Of a DNA stretch of 64,000 nucleotides, positions 1-10,432 are shown piece by piece. Origin of the DNA: an uncultured Gemmatimonadales bacterium (GTDB taxonomy: Bacteria > Gemmatimonadota > Gemmatimonadetes > Gemmatimonadales > Gemmatimonadaceae); NCBI GenBank assembly GCA_963851265.1, contig CAWKNZ010000009.1:141028-205027 (forward strand), written 5' to 3'. The notes below the pieces were generated by a model. It had not been told where the DNA came from and searched no databases. It was given only the letters and a program-made list of their open reading frames with translations. How positions within the stretch are numbered: position 1 is the stretch's first letter; the number at the start of each line of letters is the position of its first letter. The position numbers were made by a program, and so were the translations under genes.

Positions 1-230
1 TCGCGGTCGGGGCCCTCCAGGTAATCGGCGACCCCGTCCACGAGCAGGGGGACGTGGTTGAGGAGCGTGTCCGTCGGAAAGACCCGCTCCGGTGCGACCG
101 CCACGCGCGCGACGATTCGGTCGAGCCATCGGCGGACGAGCGTGTCGCGCTCGGCGCGCAGGCGTGAGGCCATCGCTCCGGCCAGGGCGACATCGGGCAG
201 GGGCGCGGCGGTACCAACGGACGTGGACAT
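1..230 (-). CDS. 5' part of a probable sensor protein (RsbRD-N-like helical N-terminus, as in cytoplasmic histidine kinases); runs off the left edge
   Basis: Not in the ORF track. Manual translation from ATG at 230 gives MSTSVGTAAPLPDVALAGAMASRLRAERDTLVRRWLERIVARVAVAPERVFPTDTLLNHVPLLVDGVADYLE, open to the window edge. Confidence 0.55.
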   Translation of the reverse strand, partial: MSTSVGTAAPLPDVALAGAMASRLRAERDTLVRRWLDRIVARVAVAPERVFPTDTLLNHVPLLVDGVADYLEGPDR

Positions 231-442
231 GACGGAGAAAGCTGGCCGCGTCGGCCCCCGCGCGACAGTCGCCTGGGGCCGGCAACTTCGGGCGCGGGCG
301 CGGCGCGGAGTGTTAGGCTCGTGACACCCCCCGACGCGGCCGCTCGTCGTCGGCACTCGTCGAAGGCGGGCGCGCCGTCGTAAGTTCCGGGCGGAAACCG
401 GGTGCGCGTGCGCGCGCGGGACGACCCCTGCAGGAGACTCTT

Positions 443-1357
443 GTGTTCAACCGACTGGTATGGGCCGCCGCGGCCGCGCTCGCCGCTGCATTCGGCGGGT
501 CGTGCGCGGGCCACGGTGGGACGTCCGCGGGGCCCGCGCGCGACCTCGCACACGCCCCCGCGCCCGTCGGCAGCCCCGCAGACCCGGTCGAGATTTACGC
601 GGTCCGTTACGGCACGCTGACGAACTTCCCGGTGGCGGCCCTCGTCGCCGGCGCAGACACGGCGCGGCGGATGGACATCGCGCTGATGGTGTGGCTGGTC
701 CGTGAGCCCGGTGCCGACGGGCATCCGCGCACCGTTCTGGTCGACGCCGGCTTCTACCGCGACGCGTTCGTCCGCCGCTGGCACCCCGCCGATTATCAAC
801 GCCCGTCGGCCGCCCTCGCGCCGCTCGGCGTGCGCCCGGAGGACGTGACCGATCTGATCATCTCGCACGTCCACTGGGACCACCTCGACGGCGCCGACCT
901 CTTCCCGAACGCGCGCGTGTGGATCCAGCGCGCGGAGTACGAGCACCACGTCGACGCGACCGGCCGGGTGCGAGACCGCGCGATCGACTCGACCGACGCG
1001 GCGATGCTCGCGCGGCTGCGGGCTGCCGGCCGGGTCAGGCTCTTGGACGGCGACAGCACTCAGGTGCTGCCGGGGATCGTGGCGTATACGGGCGGCCGGC
1101 ACACGTACGCGTCGCAATACGTGAGCGTCGCGACGCCGGAGGGCCCCGTCGTCCTCGCGTCGGACAACGCGTACCTGTACGAGAACCTCGACACGCATCG
1201 CCCGATCGCGCAGACGCTCGACACGGCTGCGAACCTCGCGGCGCAGGCGCGCATGGTCCGGCTCGCGGGCGATCCGCGCCGCATCGTGCCGGGCCACGAC
1301 CCGGCCGTCTTCGTACGCTTCCCGCTACCCGGCCACGGCATCGCACGTATCAGGTGA
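443..1357 (+). CDS. Metallo-beta-lactamase-fold hydrolase, N-acyl-homoserine lactonase-like family, with signal/lipoprotein-like N-terminus
   Basis: Motifs LVDAG, SHVHWDHLDG (HxHxDH), GRHT, LASD and PGHD; hydrophobic N-terminus ending GGSC. Confidence 0.85.
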   Translation: MFNRLVWAAAAALAAAFGGSCAGHGGTSAGPARDLAHAPAPVGSPADPVEIYAVRYGTLTNFPVAALVAGADTARRMDIALMVWLVREPGADGHPRTVLVDAGFYRDAFVRRWHPADYQRPSAALAPLGVRPEDVTDLIISHVHWDHLDGADLFPNARVWIQRAEYEHHVDATGRVRDRAIDSTDAAMLARLRAAGRVRLLDGDSTQVLPGIVAYTGGRHTYASQYVSVATPEGPVVLASDNAYLYENLDTHRPIAQTLDTAANLAAQARMVRLAGDPRRIVPGHDPAVFVRFPLPGHGIARIR

Positions 1358-1403
1358 CCGCGGGCGCGGGCCGGATACGACGTCGACGTCGAGGACCAGT
1401 CCA

Positions 1404-1802
1404 ATGCCGACCCGGATCGCCGGACGTGTGCAGGCCGGAAAGGGCGACGCGTCTCGCTGGCTCGCGCGCTTCAACGCGGAGTACAGCCGCAAGCTCGGGA
1501 TCGCCGTTTATCCCGGGTCGTTGAACGTCGCGCTGAGCCACGGCTTTGACTGGTCCTCCCCCGACCTGCAAGCGCACCTGCGCTGGTTCGGACGGGAGGA
1601 GTACGGCGGCGAGCGCGACATTCTGCTCCTGCCATGTTCGCTGGCGAACCTGCGCGGAGAGCGGGCGTTCCTCTGGTCCACGACGACGGCGGCGCGGGAC
1701 CGCCCCGATCCGTGGGTAGTGGAGATCGTCGCGGCGGTCGGGCTTCGCGCGACATACGGACTCCGCGACGGCGACGCGGTTGCCATCGATCTCCCCTCGT
1801 AG
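1404..1802 (+). CDS. CTP-dependent (archaeal-type, DUF120) riboflavin kinase-like protein
   Basis: GRVQAGKGDA...YSRKLGIAVYPGSLNV...VEIVAAVGLRATYGLRDGDAVAI follows the family pattern G-x-V-x-x-G-x-G...YPG[TS]LN...E...LR...L-x-DGD-x-V. Confidence 0.75.
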   Translation: MPTRIAGRVQAGKGDASRWLARFNAEYSRKLGIAVYPGSLNVALSHGFDWSSPDLQAHLRWFGREEYGGERDILLLPCSLANLRGERAFLWSTTTAARDRPDPWVVEIVAAVGLRATYGLRDGDAVAIDLPS

Positions 1803-2007
1803 CGACCCGCGCACGATGCGCCAACCGGCAGGATAGGCATCGACGCGGCCGCCACTCGGGTGCCGAGATGTACTTCTGCTCGTGAGATGGTCGTGAATTC
1901 GGGATCCCGGACGAACGGCTCCAGACCCGCGAGTGCGCGCCATCGTCGTATGTTGGACGCGCGCGGGATCGCCCCGCGCCGCGCGCCGGGCACCTCGGAG
2001 GACGTCG

Positions 2008-3075
2008 ATGACCAACGCGGACCCCACTCGGACCCGCATGCGTATGCCGTGGCGGACCACGCTCCCTGTCGCCGCCGCCGTCTTTCTCGGCCTCGGCGTC
2101 CTCTGGGGCCTCCGCGACATCGCGCGCCCGCTCGGCTTCCTCATCCTCGCGATCGCCGTCGCCGAAGCACTCGCGCCGCTCGTCGCCGCGCTCGAACGGT
2201 GGCGCGTGCCGCGCGGCGTCGCCATCAGCGTCGTCTACCTCGGCGTGCTCGTCGCCACCGTCGGCGTCGGCTGGCTCCTCGTCCCGACGATCATCGCGCA
2301 GACCGGCGAGTTCGTGAACCGCCTGCCCGCGCTCGCGTCCTTCGCACGCCGCCTCGCCGCCGAGGGACACGCAGCCATCGGCGCGCAACTCGACGCGCTC
2401 CTCGGCAACCTCGCGCGCCAGGTCGGCGGGTTCCTGCTCGCCGTACCGCTCCAGGCGTTCGACGCCCTGATCAACCTCATCCTGCTCGCGTTCCTGTCCG
2501 CGTACTGGCTGTTAGGCGAGCCGGCCCTCGTGCGCTTCGTGCTCACGCTCCTGCCCGAGCGCCGGCACGCCGCGGCGGCCGCGCTGTTCGACGCGATGGG
2601 CCGCGCCATGGGCGGCTACGTACGCGGCACCGCGATCAACTCCGTGCTCATCGGCGCCGCCGTCGGCGTGGGGCTCGCCCTCGCGGGCGTCCGCTACCCG
2701 GTCGTCCTCGGCACGCTCACCATGCTCCTCGAGCCGTTCCCCGTCGTCGGACCGTGGCTCGCGGCCGGCCCCGTCGCCCTCGTCGCGCTCCTCGACTCGC
2801 CCGGGAAGGCCCTGCTCGCCCTCGGGGTGTACGGCGTGCTGACGCAGGTCGGCGGTCAGGTCCTCACGCCCATCATCATGCGGCGCTCGACCGACATCCC
2901 GCAGACGCTCGTCATCTTCGCCATCCTCGCCGGCGCGGCGGTCGGCGGCCTCCTCGGGCTCGTCGTGTCGATCCCGCTCGTCGCCGCCCTGCGCGTGTTC
3001 GTGCTCCGCGTCGTCGTGCCCGTGGTGCGCCGGTGGACGGGGGCCGAGCCGGACGTTCCGTCAGCCGCGGCGTGA
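2008..3075 (+). CDS. AI-2E (PerM/UPF0118) family membrane transporter
   Basis: Several TM helices; PLVAALERWRVPR, MGGYVRG, PFPVVGP and GLLGLVVSIP motifs; GGAGG upstream of ATG 2008. Confidence 0.85.
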   Translation: MTNADPTRTRMRMPWRTTLPVAAAVFLGLGVLWGLRDIARPLGFLILAIAVAEALAPLVAALERWRVPRGVAISVVYLGVLVATVGVGWLLVPTIIAQTGEFVNRLPALASFARRLAAEGHAAIGAQLDALLGNLARQVGGFLLAVPLQAFDALINLILLAFLSAYWLLGEPALVRFVLTLLPERRHAAAAALFDAMGRAMGGYVRGTAINSVLIGAAVGVGLALAGVRYPVVLGTLTMLLEPFPVVGPWLAAGPVALVALLDSPGKALLALGVYGVLTQVGGQVLTPIIMRRSTDIPQTLVIFAILAGAAVGGLLGLVVSIPLVAALRVFVLRVVVPVVRRWTGAEPDVPSAAA

Positions 3076-3267
3076 GGCCGGCGGTGGACGTCTCGCGCGG
3101 CGTGTCGCGCCCCCGAACGACCTTGCGCGCTGCCCGGGCGCGCCCCACGTTGCCGCGCCGCATCGCGCCGGTACCGTGTGCCCCGCGCGACGACGCCGGC
3201 GACGACCCCCGGTGACGGCGGCCGACTGCGATCGGCGAGCCTGCTCCCCAATTCCATGGAGGTTGCC

Positions 3268-4515
3268 ATGTTCCGACTCTTGGGAGTCTCTGCGCTGTGT
3301 GTGGCGTGGGCCCCGATCGCGGCGGCCCAGGGACTCCGCAGCCAACTCGACAAGCTCCTCACGTTCGGGGCGTGGCCGGCGCCGCTCCAGGTGGGCGTCG
3401 TGGCGCCCGACGGTCGGTCCATCGTACCGAGCAACGCGTTCTCCCCGAGTGCCGTCGGCGCCAACGGCCAGCTCGCGTCCTTCCTCGTCGCCTGGATGAC
3501 CGCGGATGCGTCGAGCCCACCGCTCGCTTCCACCGGAGGCGGCCGCACGTTCCGCTTCGCAGGTGGAATCCCGGTGGAGGACCGACCCGCCCCCGGGCCG
3601 ATCTTCGGCGAGAGTGCCACCACCCTCGGCCGCGGGGCGCTGCTCGCCGGCGTCAACTACACCGGCGTCCAATTCTCGCGCGTGCGGGGCGTCCCGATGA
3701 ACGCGCTCGACCTCACGCTCACGCAGGGCCCGGCCGCCGGCGCGAACGCCGATGCGATCGATCTGCGCCTCTCCGTGGACTACGCGATGTCGGTGACCGC
3801 GCTGTTCGCGACCTGGGGCGTCCTCGACCGTGTGGACCTGGGGATCGTCGTCCCAGTCGTCCGGACCCGACTGACCGGGGCGAGCACCGCGCGCGTCGTC
3901 AGCGGATCCGGCGCACAGCCTTCGACCGTGCTCGGCGGTTCGCCCGAGGCGCCCCTCTACACGTCGCAGCAGAGCATCGCGGGCCGAGCGTCCGGCATCG
4001 GCGACGTCGCGCTGCGCGCGAAGGTCAACATCATCGACCGGCCGGCCGGCGGACTCGGGGTCGTGGGCGACGCGCGGCTACCGACGGGCGACGCGAACAA
4101 CTTGCTCGGCAGCGGCACGTTCTCGGCCCGACTTCTCGCCGTGTACTCCGGCCGGTTCGGACAGATCGTGCCTCACGCGGAGGCAGGCTACCTGTACTTC
4201 GCCGACCGTACCATCAATGACGCGTTCCTCGCGACGGTCGGGCTCGACGGAGACATGGCCCGTTGGGCCACGGTCTCTCTCAGCGTCATCGGCCAGCGCC
4301 ATGCCGGCAGTAGCGCGTACCAGCTCCCGGCGGCGACCAACCGGCAGCCGCTGACGAACATCCCCGACGTTCGCGACGACGCGCTCAGCGCGTCGCTCGG
4401 CGCGAAGGTCGGCGTCGGCGGCACGCGCGCGACCGCAAACGTCATCGCGCCGTTCACGCGCGGTGGCCCGCGCCCAGATCTCGCCTACACCTTTGGCGTC
4501 GAGCGGGTGTTCTGA
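3268..4515 (+). CDS. Exported probable outer-membrane beta-barrel (MetA-pathway/transporter-like)
   Basis: Signal peptide ending AAAQ; SGIGDVALRAK and RLPTGD...LLGSG motifs; C-terminal Phe; GGAGG before ATG 3268. Confidence 0.65.
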   Translation: MFRLLGVSALCVAWAPIAAAQGLRSQLDKLLTFGAWPAPLQVGVVAPDGRSIVPSNAFSPSAVGANGQLASFLVAWMTADASSPPLASTGGGRTFRFAGGIPVEDRPAPGPIFGESATTLGRGALLAGVNYTGVQFSRVRGVPMNALDLTLTQGPAAGANADAIDLRLSVDYAMSVTALFATWGVLDRVDLGIVVPVVRTRLTGASTARVVSGSGAQPSTVLGGSPEAPLYTSQQSIAGRASGIGDVALRAKVNIIDRPAGGLGVVGDARLPTGDANNLLGSGTFSARLLAVYSGRFGQIVPHAEAGYLYFADRTINDAFLATVGLDGDMARWATVSLSVIGQRHAGSSAYQLPAATNRQPLTNIPDVRDDALSASLGAKVGVGGTRATANVIAPFTRGGPRPDLAYTFGVERVF

Positions 4516-4555
4516 CGTGTGACACCGCGCGCCGTGCGGTCCGCCCGACGCACGC

Positions 4556-5611
4556 TCATTCGACCGTACGCAATCGCCACCCGGCCGCGGCGCGGGAGAG
4601 CGTGACGACGAAGTGCACCGCCACCCGCTCGGTCCGATGCGGCCGCAAGTTCTGGTACTCGTACGTGCCGTGGACGCGAGCCCGCGCCGTCGCACCCGAG
4701 CCCACGAGATCTCCCACCTCGAGTCGCGCGTGCAGATCGGACACCGAGCCGAAGAACGAGGCCCACGCGCGGCGTTGGTCCTCCGGCATGTCCGGGTACA
4801 CGCGCTGCAACGCGGCCAGGTCGCGCGCCTCGATCGCCTGTCCGTACTCGGTGATCGCGACCTGAACACCGGCCGCGCGTATCGCGGCCTCGGTGCTGGC
4901 GTTGCTACTCACCGTGCCCGCGGCACCGGGCCCGGCGTCGGAACCAGCGTCAGGGGGCGCGCCGATGCTTCCCGCGCGCGCGGACGCCGGACCCGCCGCG
5001 ATCACCTCCCCGGCCGCCGATCGCGTGGCCGGTGACGCCGGCGAGGCGACGAGATCGGGAGTCGATGAGCGCTTGGGGACCTGCGCCTCGCCATCCCGCG
5101 CAAGCGCGTCCGGCGCGGACGTAGCGAGGTCCACACGCGCCGAATCGTACGTAGTGACGCCGACGACGGACTCCAGGCCGAAGGCCTCACCCACACGTCG
5201 CGCCGAGACGCGCCCGGCGGACGGTAGCATCACCCCCCGCGCACCGACGTCGACCAGCGATGATGGAAGTCCCCGGTCGCTTGATGAAGCGCCGGGGGGC
5301 GCGAGCCCCTGCTGGAGCGCGTCGGCGAGCAGATCGCTCGGCGCGCCGAGCAACCGAAACAGGGCCGCGCGCGCTGCGACGTTGTTGGGGTCGGCGCGGA
5401 CGGCGGCTGCGAGCGAGCGGCGCGCCGCCGCGACGTCTTCGGCCGCCGGTGCGGCGAGTCGCGCGCTCCCCCAGCCGTCCCCGAGGTGCGCGCCGAGGCT
5501 GGCACGGGCCGCCGCCCGCGCCTCGCGTTCTGAATTGCACGCGCTCGCGCCCAGTGCGGCCACGAGCGTCGCGGTCATCACGATCGTTGCCCAGCCAGTC
5601 GGTTGTGGCAT
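4556..5611 (-). CDS. Hypothetical lipoprotein with low-complexity linker and C-terminal NTF2/SnoaL-like domain
   Basis: Lipobox-like LGASAC; C-terminus YGQAIEARDLAALQRVYP...VHFVVTLSRAAAGWRL. Start uncertain. Confidence 0.55.
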   Translation of the reverse strand: MPQPTGWATIVMTATLVAALGASACNSEREARAAARASLGAHLGDGWGSARLAAPAAEDVAAARRSLAAAVRADPNNVAARAALFRLLGAPSDLLADALQQGLAPPGASSSDRGLPSSLVDVGARGVMLPSAGRVSARRVGEAFGLESVVGVTTYDSARVDLATSAPDALARDGEAQVPKRSSTPDLVASPASPATRSAAGEVIAAGPASARAGSIGAPPDAGSDAGPGAAGTVSSNASTEAAIRAAGVQVAITEYGQAIEARDLAALQRVYPDMPEDQRRAWASFFGSVSDLHARLEVGDLVGSGATARARVHGTYEYQNLRPHRTERVAVHFVVTLSRAAAGWRLRTVE

Positions 5612-6353
5612 CGCCAGGAGACGCACGCGGAGGCCTCGCCCGGATCGCTGATCGCCTCGACGTCGCGGAGCGGCAAGCACGCACGTCACCGAATCGTGAG
5701 CGCGTCGGCCTCGGGGGTTTCGGCCAAGGTAGGTCCCGGCATCGGCATCCGCGAGCAGGAAGGCATCGCGCGGCGTCAGGACGGGATCGGAAGGACCCGA
5801 CGTCGGTGCAACGACGGTGGCGCGGGACGGCGGTGCCCGACCGAACGACGAGACGCGCGCGACCGGCAACCACGTCGCGATCCCGCTCGACCCGGGTCAT
5901 GTGCACCCGCGAGTCGCGTTGCGCCGGGGGTCGGTCCAGCGTCAACCGCGCGGTGCGACGCGGACCCCTGCGTCCTGACGCGCCGCCACACCGCGTTCAA
6001 GTCGGCACCCGCCGCGCCGAGACTCCGGAACGCGCGGACCCTTCGCACGGCCGCGCATCGTGCGCTGCCCGCGACGCCTGCGTGCGACCCCCTCGTTCGC
6101 TCCTCCGACGCGGTGGGGCCAGCATGCCACGTCCCGGCTGCACCGGGACGCGGTGTGCCGGCCCCGCAATTGGGGGGATCACCGCCATCCGCGCGAGCGC
6201 GATGAATCTCCGTCTGGTGCAGCACCACGATCCCACGCCGACCGCGCACGTCGCACCGCCCGCTCCGCGGTCGGCGGTTCTACCGACGTCGGCGCGCCGA
6301 GTGGACGCAACGCGGGCTCGCGCGTGACGCGGTCGACGGAGGGTGACCGCCCG

Positions 6354-8420
6354 ATGCCTCGCGCGGTCGGCTTCGTGGGGCGCGTTGCGCGACGCGGCCT
6401 CGCCCACGTGCGGCAGGGATTCGGGCAGCCCGCGATGGGACCGACGCGAGCCGAGCAGGCGTTCGAGGACCTACACCTGGCGCGCGAGGAAGCCGAGAGC
6501 ACGGCCGCTCGCCTCCGCACGGTCGCGGACGTGGCCGGCGGCGTCATCCGGGCCGACTCCTTGCCCGCCCTGCACGCGGTGCTCCGCGACGTCTGCGGTC
6601 AGCTGTTCACGTTCGACCGCTTCGCGGTGGTCGCGGGTGAGCCGGTCGGCCCACCCGGCACCCCCGTGCCATTGCGCGCCCTCGGGGACTCCGATCCGTC
6701 CCTGGCCGCTGTCGTCGTCGGCGGGATCACGGTCGCCGGGTGCGGGACCGCGCGGCCCGACTCGTTCTCGACGAGCGCGTCGTCGGTTCTTGCGGCATCG
6801 GACTGCTCGACCCTCGTCAGACCCGTGCTCGGCGACGACGCGGTGCTCGGCTATATCGCCCTGGGCGCCGACCGACCCGACGCCTTCCGAGTGAGCGACG
6901 GCGAGGTGCTCGAAGCGCTTGCCGCGCTGGCGGCCACCGCGATTCGCAACTTGGTGCTCGTCGGCGAGCTGCGGTACTCGCGCGAGGCGTACGCGCACCA
7001 GGCGCTGCACGATCCGCTGACCGGACTTCCCAACCGTGCCGGGCTGCACGAGCACCTCGCGCGGGTGCTGGGCGGCCCGCACCCGGAGCGCGTGAGCGTG
7101 CTCGTCCTCGACCTCGACGGCTTCAAGCGCGTCAACGATTCGTTAGGCCACCCGCAGGGCGACAGCCTGCTGGTGCAGGTCGCGGAGCGCCTGCTCGACG
7201 CCACGCGCGGCAGCGACACGGTCGCGCGACTCGGCGGCGACGAGTTTGCCGTGCTGCTCGAGAACACCCGTGCGCCGGACGACGCCGTCGCGGTCGCCGA
7301 GCGCGTCCTCGGGGCGCTCCGCGCGCCATTCGACCTCGGCGGCGCCGAGGCCATGGTCGGCACGAGCGTGGGTATCGCGTTCAGCGGCGCCGCCGAGGCG
7401 GACCTTCTGGGCGACGCGACGGCTCTGGGCGACGCCCTGCTGCGCGACGCGGACCTCGCCATGTACCGCGCGAAAGAATCGGGCAAGGGGCGATACGTAG
7501 TCTACGAGCCTCACATGCACGCGGAGGCGGTCAGTCGCCTCGAGCGCGAGGCCGATTTACGCGCGGCGATCGAGAAGCGCGAATTCCGCCTGTATTACCA
7601 GCCGATCGTAGCGCTCGAGACTGGGGCGGCGCTCGGCGTGGAAGCGCTGGTCCGCTGGGAGCACCCGCTTCGTGGCCTCGTCCCGCCTGCCGAGTTCATC
7701 CCGCTCGCCGAGGAGACCGGACTCATCGTGCCGCTCGGCCGTTGGGTCCTGGGCGAGGCGTGCCGCCAGGCGCGCGTGTGGGCCGACCACGCGTGGGGGA
7801 CCGACCTCACCGTGACCGTGAACGTGTCGGGCATCCAGCTCTACGACGCCGCGTTCGTCGAGGACGTCCGCCTGGCACTCGCGGCGAGCGGCGTCACGCC
7901 GCAGCGGCTCGTCCTCGAGCTGACCGAAACGGTCATGGTCGACCGACCCGGGCTCGCGCTCGAGCGGTTCAACGCACTCAAGGCGCTTGGCGTGCGGCTG
8001 GCCATCGACGACTTCGGCACGGGCTATTCGGCACTCAGCTATCTGCGCCAGTTTCCGTTCGACGTCCTCAAGATCGACAAGAGCTTCGTGGACGAGGTTG
8101 CCACCCGCGGGCAGGCCGCGACGCTCGCGGCGGCGATCGTCGCGCTCGGCAACGCATTCGCCCTGCGCACGGTGGCGGAGGGCGTCGAGTCGGCCGACCA
8201 GGCCACGGCACTCGGCGAGATCGGCTGCGCGATCGCGCAAGGGTACCATTTCAGCCGACCGCTCGCGGCGGAGGCGGTGACGGCCTGGCTCGCGGCCGAG
8301 CGGGTCGCCCCCGCGCCCGACCCACTCGGCGGGGTCACCGAAACGAGGTGGGCGCGGGAGCCCGCGGGCGGGCGGGCGGCGCCGCTGCGCACCGTGGCGA
8401 CGCGCGGCGAGCTGCCGTAA
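6354..8420 (+). CDS. GAF-GGDEF-EAL diguanylate cyclase/phosphodiesterase
   Basis: HDPLTGLPNR, DLDGFKRVNDSLGH, RLGGDEF, GVEALVRW, IDDFGTGYS, LKIDKSF and AEGVE are all intact; GAF-like region upstream. Start uncertain. Confidence 0.92.
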   Translation: MPRAVGFVGRVARRGLAHVRQGFGQPAMGPTRAEQAFEDLHLAREEAESTAARLRTVADVAGGVIRADSLPALHAVLRDVCGQLFTFDRFAVVAGEPVGPPGTPVPLRALGDSDPSLAAVVVGGITVAGCGTARPDSFSTSASSVLAASDCSTLVRPVLGDDAVLGYIALGADRPDAFRVSDGEVLEALAALAATAIRNLVLVGELRYSREAYAHQALHDPLTGLPNRAGLHEHLARVLGGPHPERVSVLVLDLDGFKRVNDSLGHPQGDSLLVQVAERLLDATRGSDTVARLGGDEFAVLLENTRAPDDAVAVAERVLGALRAPFDLGGAEAMVGTSVGIAFSGAAEADLLGDATALGDALLRDADLAMYRAKESGKGRYVVYEPHMHAEAVSRLEREADLRAAIEKREFRLYYQPIVALETGAALGVEALVRWEHPLRGLVPPAEFIPLAEETGLIVPLGRWVLGEACRQARVWADHAWGTDLTVTVNVSGIQLYDAAFVEDVRLALAASGVTPQRLVLELTETVMVDRPGLALERFNALKALGVRLAIDDFGTGYSALSYLRQFPFDVLKIDKSFVDEVATRGQAATLAAAIVALGNAFALRTVAEGVESADQATALGEIGCAIAQGYHFSRPLAAEAVTAWLAAERVAPAPDPLGGVTETRWAREPAGGRAAPLRTVATRGELP

Positions 8421-8463
8421 CCGCCGGCAGCCGAGGGCGTGTCGGCGGTCGCAGGCGGGTCGA

Positions 8464-9948
8464 CTACGCCGAGTCGGCGCGGCTGCGATCGCGCCCCGTG
8501 GGGAAGCGGCGGTCGAGCTCCCCCTTGCCGGTCCGCACCCACGCATCACGCGTCACGCGGACGATCCGCAACGGGCGCGCGGCGAGTGGGCCTAACAAAT
8601 CCGGGAGGTCGCCGGCCTCCGGCACCGGCTCCACCTCGCCGGCAGTCGACAGGGCCAGCACCAGCGTCCGCCCGTCGGGCGACGACAGCAGGACGTCGGT
8701 GAGCTGCGGCCAGCGCGCACGCACCGCGCGCTCGACGGAAGCGGCGGGCACGAACCGGCCGTTCTCCAGCTTGAAGCTGTCTGCCGTGCGCCCCTCGAAC
8801 GTGTAGGTGCCGTCGAACTCCCGCCTCGCGAGGTCGCCGGTGCGCACCCAGCGCCCGGGTGGCTCGACGCTGATCCCGAGACCTCCGGCCGCGTCGGCCT
8901 CCCACACGCCGAGGCAGGCGTTCGCGCCGCGAAACGCGAGCACGTCGTCGGCGTCGAGGCGGACCTCACAGCCGACTGGGTGACCGAGCGCGCCCGCGTG
9001 CCACGCTCCCGGATCACCCATCGTGATGCCCGGCGAGGCTTCGGTCTGACCGTACCCCACGCGCAGTCGCGTGCCGCGGAGCAGATCGGCGAGTGTCGAG
9101 TCGACCGGCGCCCCACCGATCACCCCGCCGCGCAGCCGGCCTAACAGCGCGCGGCCCTCGTCGCGTTCGGCGAGCAGGCGCAAGGTGTACGGCACGGCGT
9201 GCAGGTGCGTGATCGGATGCTCGGCCGCCACGGCCAGCATGGCCGCGGCGTCGCGCCCCCCCGAGGGGTCGCGCAACAGCTCGGCGCCGGCCAGCAGCGC
9301 GGGGAGCAACTCGAGCACCAGGCCGAACGCGTGATGCCACGGCAGCACCGAGAGGACCACGGCCCCATCCATGGCCAGCAGCGGGGTGTGGCTTGCCAAC
9401 ACCGCTCGCACGTTGGCGTCGGAGAGCGCCACGCGCCGCGGGGCCCCAGTCGTACCACTGGTCTCGAGGAGGAATCGCGCCTCGCGGGTCGGCCCCGAGC
9501 GTGCCGGGCGCGGGATCACGGCAACGTCGGGCGGCGTGCCCGCGCGCTCCGCGGCGACGATCGCGGCAGCCGCCGGGCGGCCTGGTGCGACCACGGCATA
9601 GCGCGCATCGACGAGGTCGAGCAGGGACGCGACGTCGGCGCTGGCCGGCGCGGGCACGAACGTCAGATCGTCCCAGAGGGCCGCGACGAGCAGCATCGCG
9701 AAGCCCGGGCCGGGCGGCAGTGCACACACGACGCGGTCGCCCGGGCCGACGCCGTGCGTCCGCCACCACGCCGTCCACCGGCGCGCACCGGCCCACAGCG
9801 AGGCGGCGGCCACGAGGTCGTCACGCGTCCACAGCAGCGGGAGCGGACGGCCGCGGAGCCGGCGGTAGAGCGCGTCGCGCCACGACGACTCCGGCGCGGC
9901 ACGCTCCGGCGCGAAATCCGTGACCGCAGCATCAGGTCGCACGTCCAT
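8464..9948 (-). CDS. pcl: AMP-forming acyl-CoA ligase, probably the p-coumaroyl-CoA ligase for PYP
   Basis: ETSGTTG P-loop, VLPWHHAFG, GYGQTEASP and RTGDL motifs; divergent from the pyp-tal operon, so substrate is inferred from context. Confidence 0.75.
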   Translation of the reverse strand: MDVRPDAAVTDFAPERAAPESSWRDALYRRLRGRPLPLLWTRDDLVAAASLWAGARRWTAWWRTHGVGPGDRVVCALPPGPGFAMLLVAALWDDLTFVPAPASADVASLLDLVDARYAVVAPGRPAAAAIVAAERAGTPPDVAVIPRPARSGPTREARFLLETSGTTGAPRRVALSDANVRAVLASHTPLLAMDGAVVLSVLPWHHAFGLVLELLPALLAGAELLRDPSGGRDAAAMLAVAAEHPITHLHAVPYTLRLLAERDEGRALLGRLRGGVIGGAPVDSTLADLLRGTRLRVGYGQTEASPGITMGDPGAWHAGALGHPVGCEVRLDADDVLAFRGANACLGVWEADAAGGLGISVEPPGRWVRTGDLARREFDGTYTFEGRTADSFKLENGRFVPAASVERAVRARWPQLTDVLLSSPDGRTLVLALSTAGEVEPVPEAGDLPDLLGPLAARPLRIVRVTRDAWVRTGKGELDRRFPTGRDRSRADSA

Positions 9949-10053
9949 GCCGCGAACGTTACAACCTTAGACCGGCCGGTCCGACAGTCCGAAGCGAAGG
10001 CGCGGCGACGGGCCGAATCGGCCGCGGTCCACCCCCCGCCCCTGTTCGTCGTG

Positions 10054-10389
10054 ATGTCATCCCTCGATGCCCCTCGGCCTGCACCCGCGAGCGCCGGCGC
10101 TCCCGACGCCCTGCACGAGATGGTCGCGAGCCTCGAGGCGCAACTCGTCTCGCTCTACGCAGAGCGCGAAGCCGAGGTCGCCGAGGCCGACACTCTGCGC
10201 GCCGCCGTCGCCAGCCTCGAAGAGCAGGCGCGCGCGTGGTACGCGAGCGTCGAGCGCCTCGGCGGTCGCACCGTCGACGAGGCCGCCGACGCGCTCGTGA
10301 GTTACGAGGCCCAGCTCGATGCGCTCTACGCCGCGGTCGACGCGACCCCCGGCGACGGCGGCAGCGCTCCCGCTTCGACGCCCGCCTGA
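10054..10389 (+). CDS. Hypothetical acidic helical protein with three S(L/Y)E(A/E)QxxxxYA repeats
   Basis: SLEAQLVSLYA, SLEEQARAWYA and SYEAQLDALYA; GC3-rich codons; directly upstream of pyp. Confidence 0.7.
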   Translation: MSSLDAPRPAPASAGAPDALHEMVASLEAQLVSLYAEREAEVAEADTLRAAVASLEEQARAWYASVERLGGRTVDEAADALVSYEAQLDALYAAVDATPGDGGSAPASTPA

Positions 10390-10432
10390 ACCGCACTGCG
10401 TTCACACCACCTCCACCATCCCGACTTCACCC

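Noticed and set aside
443..3075. Quorum-quenching cluster (lactonase plus AI-2 exporter)
   Set aside because: Both family names cover broad substrate ranges; nothing in the sequence shows AHL or AI-2 specificity.
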